The notes beneath the pieces are model-generated. The model searched no databases. It was not told where the DNA came from and saw only the letters and a program-made list of their open reading frames with translations. Of a DNA stretch of 44,248 nt, positions 34,872 to 44,248 are shown one piece after another; position 1 is the stretch's first letter, and each line of letters starts with the position of its first letter. Position numbers and translations under genes: made by a program. Origin of the DNA: Seison nebaliae (Eukaryota); the NCBI GenBank assembly GCA_023231475.1, contig JALJEE010000439.1:1-44248 (forward strand), given 5' to 3'.

Positions 34872-35602
34872 TTAATTGAATATAAATAAATTAAAAATAT
34901 TTTTCTTCTATTAAACTCGGAAGCTTTGCGGAGAGATATGGGAAACTTTGAGTATAAACTTCAATGATTTATGAAACCGGAAGTATTGTATGTCTGTCCG
35001 TCAGATTTTGATTCTTCCGGACTCTTTTTTTTTTATTAATGAAATTCCCGTCTGGATAAATTGAAATATTGTTGATCGATTTCCGTTTTTACGGTGAGTA
35101 AAAGGCACATATAAACATATGACACATCATCGCAAAACAAAAATTCAAATTTACGTTACTCACGATTCTACCTCAAAATGAAGTTGTTAAATTTCATTAA
35201 ATTTAATTAATGAATTTCAATTAGTTAATGTAATTGGGAAAGAATATAAAGAAATGTTTGTTTTCTGTAATTTTTTTCTTAAACATCTTTGGAGATTCTT
35301 TTTTTTTGGATGACAAGGAAATTTTGAGTGCGAGAAATGATATGGAAGAAAGATATTTAAAGTACATTCAAACGATTTTGATAACTCATGTGTTCATGTT
35401 TTATGATAATGGTTTATGTTGGAACATGCTTAAATTAGTTTTAGGGAATTTTCGTGTGAACATTGAAATGGAAAATTGAATTTAAAAATTGAAAAAAGAA
35501 GCTTGGACGGAACTTGGAGCACATGCGAATTCTCGAGGAAATTTAATTTAGTGGCAATTGTATATTTAGCAATAGTGAGAGTGAAAGTGAAATTTATATG
35601 CA

Positions 35603-37247
35603 ATGACAAGTAAAATTCTTGAATCGAGTAGTGAGAAACCGAAAACAAATTCGGCAGATTGGCCACTCTTATTAAAAGTTGAAATTTAATTTTGTTTAAT
35701 AATAAAAATTAAAAAATTTGTAGAATATCGATCGATTAAACATTCATTCTTCTCATTTCGTGCCATTACCTAATGGATGTTCTCCTCAAAATCGACCAAT
35801 TTCCGAATATGTTCGAAGTGGATTCATGAACATTGACAAGCCAGTCAATCCATCCTCTCATGAAGTGGTGGCTTGGATTAAGAGGATATTACGAGTGGAT
35901 AAGACTGGTCATTCGGGTACATTGGATCCCAAAGTATCTGGTTGTCTTATCGTTTGTATTGATCGAGCGACTCGATTGGTAAAATCACAACAAGGGGCAG
36001 GAAAAGAGTATGTTGGAATCGTTTCATTACATGGAGAAGTTGAGAATGCGGAATCTCGTTTGACATCCGCTTTGACGATGTTAAAAGGAGCAATCTTTCA
36101 ACGACCTCCTGTCATTTGTGCTGTTAAGAGACAATTGCGAGTACGTCATATATATGATATGAAATTATTGGAATTTAATCAGAAACGGAATATGGGCATT
36201 TTCTGGGTGAGTTGTGAAGCGGGAACATATGTTCGAACATTATGTGTACATTTGGGTCTACTATTGGGATGTGGTGGTGTGATGAATGAATTGAGACGAG
36301 TTCGTTCTGGTATAATGGACGAGACACGTAATCTCGTCACTATGCATGATGTATTAGATGCACAATATACATATGATCAATATAATGATGAATCATATCT
36401 TAGACGAATTATTCAACCTCTTGAAGCATTACTTATTGATCATAAACGAATTATTATGAGAGATACATCCATCAATGCCATTTGTTATGGTGCGAAAATC
36501 TTATTACCTGGAGTTCTTCGTTTCGAGAATAATATTGAAATTAATGATGTAGTTGTGATTGTTAGTACAAAAGGCGAAGCTGTTGCAACTGGTTAATCAT
36601 CAATCTTTAAAATCATTTTTCAATTTATTTATTTTTAAAATATCATTTTCATTTCATATTATCTTATTCATTCTATCATATTCATTAGCCATTGCATTAA
36701 TGACAACATCCACAATCTCCTTATGTGATCATGGTGTCGTTGCGAAAATTAAACGAGTCATTATGGAACGTGACACCTATCCTCGCAAATGGGGATTTGG
36801 TCCGATTGTTTCATTTTCTAATTGTAAATTTCCGATTTTTTATTTAAATTCTCTTTCGAAAGGCACTGAAGAAGAAGGCGATGGTCACACATGGTTTATT
36901 AGATAAATTTGGCAAACCGAATGATAATACACCAGCTGACTGGATCAAAGCTTTCCTCAAAGAACGCAAATCGGAAACGGAACGAATATTAACTGATGTC
37001 GGAACGGGAATGTCGAAGAAATCGAAAGAAAAATCGCCAACAATTGAAGTATTGAAAGAGACAGTTACATCTCCAGTGGAAGAAAATATTGACATTAAAA
37101 TGAAACCAGAAGAAAATTCGGATGACAACGAAGATAGAAAATCAGTTAATTTCCCAATTAATAAATCTTTTAATAATTCCGTTACAGTTAAAGAAGAAGA
37201 AGAAGAAGCGAAAAAGAAAGATGGAGGATGAGGATGATGATGAATGA
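35603..37247 (+). CDS. DKC1: Dyskerin (H/ACA pseudouridine synthase, Cbf5); introns 35678-35723, 36592-36688, 36808-36862, 37145-37187
   Basis: [52 protein letters not shown] domain; [15 protein letters not shown]; Lys-rich tail [19 protein letters not shown]. Confidence 0.97.
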
Positions 37248-37467
37248 GAGGGAGAAGAAATTAAAATTTTTCTGTAAAATTATTTGTTGATAAATAAAAT
37301 CTTTCGAGAAAATCTGTATAAAATTCATTTATTTATTAATTTTTTTTCGTGTGGAGATAATTTTCTTTTAGGAAAATTGTTTGTCCAATAAGAAAAATAT
37401 TATTTTTCATATTTTCATTTGTCTAAAGATTCTAAAGAAAATCTTATAAAAGAAATTGAAAAGAGAA

Positions 37468-38427
37468 ATGATTGTCAACGAATTAATATTTGATCATGAT
37501 GGTGGTGTTGACGATTTCCAATCATTAATCTATTTATTAATGAATGATGAGAATAAACGTCTTTCTACAATTCTAATTGTACCAGGCGATTCCTTCATTC
37601 ATAATGCTGTGGAGACAACGTTGAAATTATTAAATTTATTTCAACGTCGAGATATTGTAGTAGCGGAAAGTGATTGTTATGGTGTCCATCAGTTTCCCGA
37701 TAGATTTCGTGCTCCTCCCAAAATTATAAATTATCTTCCTCAACTTATTAATGAACCGATGGATAGAGATCAATTATCATCTAAAAAGGCCAGTTGTGTT
37801 TTGATGGATAAATTATCGGAAACTAAAGAGAATTCCATCGATATTCTCATCACTGGACCATGTTCAAATTTAACGACTGCATTAGAAATGGATGGAAATT
37901 TGGGAAAGAAAATTCATCGAGTCGTTTGGATGGCTGGAAATATAAATGTAAAAGGAAATGTTGAGAGACACGATCATGATAGTTCAGCGGAATGGAATGT
38001 GTTTTATGATCCCATATCAGCTCACAAACTTCTTCGTCACAATCTTAACCTCGAGCTTTGTCCTCTTGATGTTACAAATAAAGTTCCAGTCAATAAAGAA
38101 TTTTTGAAGAGATTAAGCAAAATTTCTCATCCAATCGCCAATTTATCTGCTACGATGTGGGCAACAACAGTCTCTGCATTACCAACAATGAATGAAAAGT
38201 ATTTTATGTGGGATGTTATGAGTACTGTTCTTTTTCTTCAACCAAATCTCTTTGAAATGAAAAACAAATCGATTGACATCATTCCAAACACCCAATCGGC
38301 TGGTAAGATAATCGATGGCAAATACAAAATACGATATGCGTCCGATATCTCACCAAATAAATTCTATGACTTCATTTTGTCTCAATATGATGGAAAGGAA
38401 GGAAAGGAATTTGATCGTTCTAATTAA
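37468..38427 (+). CDS. Nucleoside hydrolase of the purine-specific (IAG/Bacillus-like) type, intronless
   Basis: DHDGGVDD Ca-binding motif; TGPCSNL; VVWMAG..KGNV..HDSSAEWNVFYDP; PLDVTNKVP; YFMWDV. Confidence 0.92.
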   Translation: MIVNELIFDHDGGVDDFQSLIYLLMNDENKRLSTILIVPGDSFIHNAVETTLKLLNLFQRRDIVVAESDCYGVHQFPDRFRAPPKIINYLPQLINEPMDRDQLSSKKASCVLMDKLSETKENSIDILITGPCSNLTTALEMDGNLGKKIHRVVWMAGNINVKGNVERHDHDSSAEWNVFYDPISAHKLLRHNLNLELCPLDVTNKVPVNKEFLKRLSKISHPIANLSATMWATTVSALPTMNEKYFMWDVMSTVLFLQPNLFEMKNKSIDIIPNTQSAGKIIDGKYKIRYASDISPNKFYDFILSQYDGKEGKEFDRSN

Positions 38428-38619
38428 ATCCTTTTTTCTTTTGATTTTATTTTAAGTTTCCTATAAATTTAATTGTTCACTAAAATTCAAAGAAAAATAT
38501 CATCCCCAATTTAAAAGAAAAAAAATTAAAAAATCGTCCATGATTTGGAAAGAGATTGGCGAAAATAAAAATGTTGAATAAAGAATAATTTTTAAGACGA
38601 ATTATTTCTGATGGTTCAT

Positions 38620-39670
38620 CTATGAACTGATTGAACGAGTTGAAGACATATAATTAGGATGAGCAGTATTATATCTGATTCCTCGCAGAATCGTGAATGA
38701 GGCTTCTTGAAAACCTGTAACAGAAGAAATAAATGGAAGATAATAAATAAAAATCAACCGGATCGCTCAAAATTCTTGTATTGGAGAGAGGGCATTGTTC
38801 TGTTAGAACAGAATTGATGGTCATTATGTGCTTCAACTGTACATGTTTCATAAACGCCATATAATACTGCTTGTTTATATTTAAATGGAAATGTAACTAA
38901 TCCATATTGTGTTGATTCATGTATTCCTAATCTAACATCCAAATAAAAAATATAATAATTAAGTTTAAAGTAATTAGAAGTTTTAACTCACTAGTATTCA
39001 TTATATTGGATTTAAGAAGTTCAAAATAACTCGAAAATGCCAAATAACTTTTAATGTCAAGTAAGTTGGTACTATTATACCAATTGAAAGTAGAAGGCGA
39101 ATCGGTATTGTCAAAAGTCAATTGGATAACCATTGTTGTACCGTTGTATAATTCCATAAGAATCTGGAAACCAGCACGAAAATTATTCCAATTAATTTAA
39201 AATAATATTAAAAGAAGAACCTTATGAAAATTCCCATCGACGAAACTCTGATGAAAATAATGAGAAGTGGAAGAGTTGATCATGTCCAAACTAGGAGGAG
39301 GTATCGACGATACATTTGAAGTTGAATTATACCAACTTTCCTCATTTCCACTTACTATTATCGATATAATTTGATTATCCACAATTTCATTTATAGTCAT
39401 ACAACAACCAATTCGTCCAATTTGAAACATTCCTTTCTCACAAGGATCAATATATGGAGTGGTTGTGCTTGATGTTACATTGGCGTCTGTTGTAGAATTT
39501 GGATCTATTGAAGATTCTGTATTGGTCGAAAGATTTAAATCTATTGAAGATTCTGTATTGGTCGAAATATTTGAATCTGTTGTAGAATTTAAATCCATTG
39601 AAGATTCTGCAAACAAGATTCTCCCATAGCAAGATAATAAATAGGTAATTGAAAAAAAAACGAATTTCAT
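38620..39670 (-). CDS. Uncharacterised secreted glycoprotein, 4 exons
   Basis: Signal-peptide-like MKFVFFSITYLLSCYG, Ser/Thr repeats and many N-x-S/T sites. Three short introns (first 39164-39220) join the track ORFs to a TAG at 38620. Confidence 0.7.
39490..39610. repeat. Imperfect 36-bp tandem repeat coding STNTESSIDxN in the secreted protein
   Basis: CTATTGAAGATTCTGTATTGGTCGAA occurs at 39505 and 39541; TCTGTTGTAGAATTT also occurs twice. Confidence 0.85.
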
Positions 39671-40207
39671 TATAATAAATAGAAGGAAGCAGTATCAATA
39701 AAAGAATTGGTCACTGTGATACATTTGGACGAAAACAATTTGTTATTGTCATAGAGATGGTAAATCAAGGACCGATTCAAAGAGAAGAATAAGTTTAATC
39801 GATAATTTTTCACTAATCGAAAAAAAAAATCAATAAATTTCCATTATGAATTGTACTTGTTTCAGCTCTAATACAAATTAATTTTATATTTGTCCATTAT
39901 TATTAAAGATCGATGTCAAAATTTGGTGATTCAATTTAAACATAAATTTCTAAACGACGAAATATTTCTAAAAAAATTTTGATGTTCGAGAATACTTTCA
40001 ATGGAAATAACTAAAAAAAGCAAAGGATGAATGCATAGCACTATTATTTCTAATGGAAGAGTGAGCCGAACTAGATAAGTACAGTTTGATTATGTCAACA
40101 GTTTTTCCTCCAAAAACCTAGCTACATTATGTGGTCTTTCTCTCTAATAAGGATATAAATATAATAATAAATCCGTAAATAATAATAAGATATCCGTAGA
40201 TGTCTCC

Positions 40208-40343
40208 ATAAATTCCAGTGTTCCGCATCAAGATAGCATTCTCGGCCTCTTGCTTTTCGGGTTTATCATCGATGACGTGTTTCGCAGTTAATTAATAATC
40301 ATTCGAGATCTACATAGTTTACACAGATAACATTGTGATTCTG
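40208..40343 (+). mobile_element. Short decayed CR1-like reverse transcriptase fragment
   Basis: INSSVPHQDSILGLLLFGFIIDDV (SGVPQGSILGPLLF-like), then after a frameshift IVYTDNIVIL (YADD motif). Confidence 0.7.
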
Positions 40344-41742
40344 GATCGTTTCTCCATCATTCAAAAAGCTCATATCAATGTTTATCTTTATTTCTCTCAC
40401 AAAAGGACATATACCTAAATACCTCTTAAATGTTTACTAATGTAAATTATCCTTAATGAATAATATATGAAAATATACTAAATTTTTTATTAGTATATTA
40501 TTATTATATAATTGGTAAACATATGTTAAAATACGTTTAATTAACAATATACTAATTTTTTATTATCATCTAACAATTTTTGAAGAAAGCCCAGACCAAA
40601 AAATCCGGCTTTAAAATTACCCTCTCCTACTTCTGCTGTATACAGCATTTTTAGTATATATTATATATGCTAGGATTAAACATGTGCATCAAACTTTGAT
40701 TTTATATTATTAGTATATTATTTATTAATAACAGTAAATCCACAGTTTATCTAATTTTTAAGTTTACGAATACTACAGTACAAATTTAACAGGGAGCCTA
40801 CTATCTGCTGCTAAACGACCTTTTTTTGGGGTGTCCTTTAAATCCCTCACCGTCTTCCGTGCTTCAACCATTGATATCCGTTGTCTGTTTTCTATCGCCT
40901 TAAAAAAAATTTTTTTAAAACTTTCTTCAAATTTCAATAATAGTTCAATAATGCAAAATAATTTATCATTCACAAGTGATCGATTAAGCGATTTAATACA
41001 ACTGATTTAGTGTCTTATACTTTTAAGAGATACCTTTTATTTTACACTTAAATGTACTAAATATGGATCCAAATAATGAAATTGTGCAAAAACAAAATAA
41101 TAGCCATATTTCTTGTGGATATCTAATTATTTCCGAAGTGTCAATTTGCATATCGATTTAGTGAGTAGAGTTACTCCTATTTCGATTAGTTTATTACGTT
41201 ATTCAATATCTGTCACTATGAAATAGAATTGGTCAACTAACATTACTTGGAGAATGTTAGGGAAAAAATTGGAAAAAAAATATTTGGATCTACAATAACT
41301 TTAACTATTGTCCTATTGGAATTCAATGAGTTAAATATATAAAAATTAATTATCAACATGCCTTACAGTGTCTTTTACTTGGATGTTAAAAAATTAAATA
41401 ATCAAATTGATAGTATCAATAAGTAACCATTTGAAAAAGAAGAATTCGTTGGATTAAAAAGTTTATCTTTAATAATGTATTCGAAATTGATCGTATGTGA
41501 AATTTATGCTATAAATCAGAATTGGGTTCTCTTTCATTTCAAGTCAATTAGTTTGATAACGCTAACTCTTTTTTCATAATGGAATAAGAGTGGACCATAT
41601 CATAATTAGAATCATAAAATTTTATGCTTGGAAATCAAAATTTTAAATTAAAAGAAAAGTTTTAATTGATGAAAATAAAGTGAGTGGAAAGGCGAATGAG
41701 GAGAATCGAAAGAAATATGGCCATTTACTTCTTTCGTTGTAC

Positions 41743-41752
41743 ATCACCCCAT
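41743..41752 (+). promoter_or_regulatory. Sterol regulatory element-like motif ATCACCCCAT
   Basis: 9/10 match to the classic SRE-1 ATCACCCCAC, about 125 bp upstream of the squalene synthase ATG. Confidence 0.6.
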
Positions 41753-41875
41753 GAACTACACACGTCAAACGTATGTTATATATAGAATTTGATGAATTAG
41801 AAATAAATTACATTGAGGAAGAAAAGAAGATTTTTTTAAAAATATAGTCGTTTCATTGTTGGAAGTGAGAAAAAA

Positions 41876-43183
41876 ATGGAGTTTTTAAAATCATTCACAA
41901 ATCCGCAGGAGTTGTCCGCACTTTACGCGTATAAAACGAACACTATCGATCAAATATCATCACAAGTGAATGAGAAGAATTTGGATGAATGCATGAAGAA
42001 ATGTTATGAATATCTAAGATTAACGAGTCGTAGTTTTTCTGCTGTTATTCAAGCATTGGATGAAGACATTGGACATGCTGTCTGTATCTTCTATCTGGTA
42101 TTGAGAGCATTAGATACGGTAGAAGATGATACATCGTTATCGATGGAAGTGAAAGAACCGATATTGTTAACATTTCATGAGCAGTTGACAAACGATAGTT
42201 TTTATTTCACTTGTAATAGTAAGGATGCGATCATTCTGGAAAATTTCCATTATTTAACAAAATCATTCAAATCATTAAAGGAACCATTTCAAGAAATTAT
42301 TTCCGACATCTGTCAACAAATGGCTAAGGGGATGATACATTTCTTAACGCACGACGTCGTAACAATTGAGGATTGGGAGGAATATTGTCATTATGTTGCT
42401 GGTTTAGTCGGTCATGGTTTGAGTCGATTATTCGCAGAATCTCAATTGGAAAATGAAACGATGAAAAGTGATGATATTCTCGCTTTGGCAAAAAAGATGG
42501 GTCTCTTCCTCCAGAAGACTAATATTATTCGAGATTTCCGAGAAGATATTTTAGAGAAACGTTTATTTTATCCAAAAGAAGTCTGGAATCGTTATGTAGA
42601 TAAACCGGAAGATCTTCTACATACCAAATTTGGTTCATTGAATTGCTTAAATGAATTAATCTCCAATTCTTTAGCACATATACCACAATGTATCGATTAT
42701 CTGCATCAACTTCAAAACCAGTCTATTTTCAACTTCTGCGCCATTCCCCAAGTCATGGCAATCGCTACTTTGGAACGATGTTTTAACAATCCGAAAGTTT
42801 TTCAACAAAATGTAAAAATTAGGAAAGGCGAAACGGTTCTCATCATTCAGAAAGCGACGAATCTCTATCAAGTCCAAGAATTCTTTTTGAAATATTTGAG
42901 GAAAATTGAAGATCAATCTGATCAGATTTTCCTTAAGGATGAAAGATTGACAAAAGAGGAATTGATGGCGAACAAAACAGTTTTTGAAAACAATTTAAAA
43001 AGAGCTTTAAAATCATGTACTGCTCATCGAAATAAATTTAATCCCATCACAAATGGACCGTATGTCACTGACGTGATTAATCAATATAATCATCCGATTC
43101 ATCTCTATATTTCTCTCTTCATTCTCATCCTATTTTACATAGCATCCTTTTATTTATTTGATATAAAAAAACATGAACTATAA
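41876..43183 (+). CDS. FDFT1: Squalene synthase (farnesyl-diphosphate farnesyltransferase), intronless
   Basis: TSRSFSAVIQAL; FYLVLRALDTVEDD; YCHYVAGLVG; MGLFLQKTNIIRDF; FNFCAIPQVMAIATL; VKIRKGE; C-terminal TM anchor. Confidence 0.97.
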   Translation: MEFLKSFTNPQELSALYAYKTNTIDQISSQVNEKNLDECMKKCYEYLRLTSRSFSAVIQALDEDIGHAVCIFYLVLRALDTVEDDTSLSMEVKEPILLTFHEQLTNDSFYFTCNSKDAIILENFHYLTKSFKSLKEPFQEIISDICQQMAKGMIHFLTHDVVTIEDWEEYCHYVAGLVGHGLSRLFAESQLENETMKSDDILALAKKMGLFLQKTNIIRDFREDILEKRLFYPKEVWNRYVDKPEDLLHTKFGSLNCLNELISNSLAHIPQCIDYLHQLQNQSIFNFCAIPQVMAIATLERCFNNPKVFQQNVKIRKGETVLIIQKATNLYQVQEFFLKYLRKIEDQSDQIFLKDERLTKEELMANKTVFENNLKRALKSCTAHRNKFNPITNGPYVTDVINQYNHPIHLYISLFILILFYIASFYLFDIKKHEL

Positions 43184-43464
43184 TTTAATTTATATTTTCT
43201 TCAAATAAAACTTATTGTTCGACTTTTTTCATCTTTCTACTGATATTAACTCTAACCGAATTTATATGAACTGTTAGACAGATTAAATTCCGTTAAAATC
43301 TCTATTCTATTTGATCTCAAACAATAAATAACAATCTTCTTAATTTTTCATCTGAACAAATTTAAAATCTTAAATTTCGAAAAATCTTTATTCTTATTAT
43401 TAGGTTATATATTCTTATGATTGGAGGACAGATCGTAGCCCATTATAAAAATTTTGTAGAGGAA

Positions 43465-43648
43465 GTTCTCAACCCAAAAATAGGACAGTTCTCAACCCTT
43501 TTTTCGTTCTTCTCGGATAGTTCTCAACATTTTTTTTATTTTTCGGACAGTTCTCAACCTTCTTATTACTTTTCGGACAGTTCTCAAATCTTTTCCTCAA
43601 TTTCGGACAGTTCTCAACCTTTTGACAAAAAAAGAACAGTTCTCAACC
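43465..43648 (+). repeat. Array of 7 copies of (TTCGGAC)AGTTCTCAA with variable spacers, period about 30 bp
   Basis: GTTCTCAA starts at 43465, 43488, 43520, 43550, 43580, 43610 and 43639 (spacings 23, 32, 30, 30, 30, 29). Confidence 0.9.
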
Positions 43649-43859
43649 TCAAAACATAATGAAAATTGAACTGGAAAAATAATAAGCATACATAAAAATC
43701 CTCAAGGGGACATTTATTCACTCATGATTATGTAATTATAAAATTTATTATTATTAATTAATTATAAGATTATATATAATACATAATAACTAAACGATAT
43801 GATTTTTGAAGTTGTTATTTATTCATTGAGATCAAATAAAATAGGTTTCAGCGTAATTT

Positions 43860-44000
43860 AACTTTCTTGATTGACGCAAATAGACCTTTCCCCGTAATGT
43901 CTTTAGGAGGTATAGCAGGAGAAAAAAATAATGTGTGTGAGACGATATCATTCCTTAGATGAATGGGATGTCATCAGACGAGAGAATGATGTCATATATC
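43860..44000 (-). mobile_element. Small LINE APE endonuclease remnant related to the element at 1-420
   Basis: Minus strand reads YDIIL...SHTLFFSPAIPPKDITGKGLFASIKK, versus SHILFFHPAIPPRGTSGRGRCSGGLIFVIRK in the first element. Confidence 0.6.
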
Positions 44001-44248
44001 AGGATTACGGAGACAGTAAAAACTAGTTTTTAGTTTAAACTTTTTTCTTCCAAAAGTTTTTATAAGTTTTTATTAATAAAAACTTTTCGAAAAAAGACCA
44101 TATATGAGATTACCTGCGTAGAGATGGAAACGACATATGAACATTTAATACGGGATATAAACTTATAATACCGGCTATCGTCGGGAAACTTTAAAATATA
44201 TAAAATATTTTTTTCAGGTCTGACCATATCTAGTCATCTATTATAACA

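Noticed and set aside
36592..36688. Intronic H/ACA snoRNA in DKC1, as in other animals
   Set aside because: The longest intron is only 97 nt, almost entirely A/T, and shows no double hairpin or ACA box.
40238..40260. TTCTCGGCCT resembling the 5' end of U2 snRNA
   Set aside because: No GTGTAGTA branch-pairing sequence follows; the segment is explained by the RT remnant (SILGLLLF).
40450..40973. AT-rich repeated TTAGTATATTATTAT motifs and the 66-aa ORF 40773-40973
   Set aside because: Low complexity, no defined termini or protein motif; may be TE debris but cannot be classified.
43465..43648. CRISPR-like repeat/spacer appearance, and the 80-aa ORF 43417-43659
   Set aside because: Repeat (~16 bp) and spacer (~14 bp) are too short, there are no cas genes, and the context is eukaryotic. 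The ORF is a by-product of the 30-bp period.

Overview
This is a gene-dense, very AT-rich eukaryotic window. Gene content (Fe65/APBB, FAM210, taspase, calpain) points to an animal with a compact genome. A spiralian such as a rotifer or seisonid is plausible, but that is only an inference. I manually assembled about 15 host genes: TASP1, a calpain, a METTL25-family methyltransferase, an APBB/Fe65-like adaptor, FAM210, a very long CDC23/APC8, an AGC-like pseudokinase, two tandem MSP/VAP-like tail-anchored proteins, RPA1, FAN1, DKC1, a bacterial-type nucleoside hydrolase, an orphan secreted protein and squalene synthase. There are also at least six decayed non-LTR retrotransposon fragments, an ~830-bp intron-containing inverted repeat pair bracketing 11.4 kb of genes, and a 30-bp-period motif array. 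The most striking signal is the splicing code. About 47 of about 50 hand-inferred introns (mostly 41-63 nt) start GTT rather than GTR, with no +4..+6 consensus, and many end in AAG. One gene may need a 2-nt microexon. Exon structures come from reading-frame continuity and remembered family motifs, not from transcripts.
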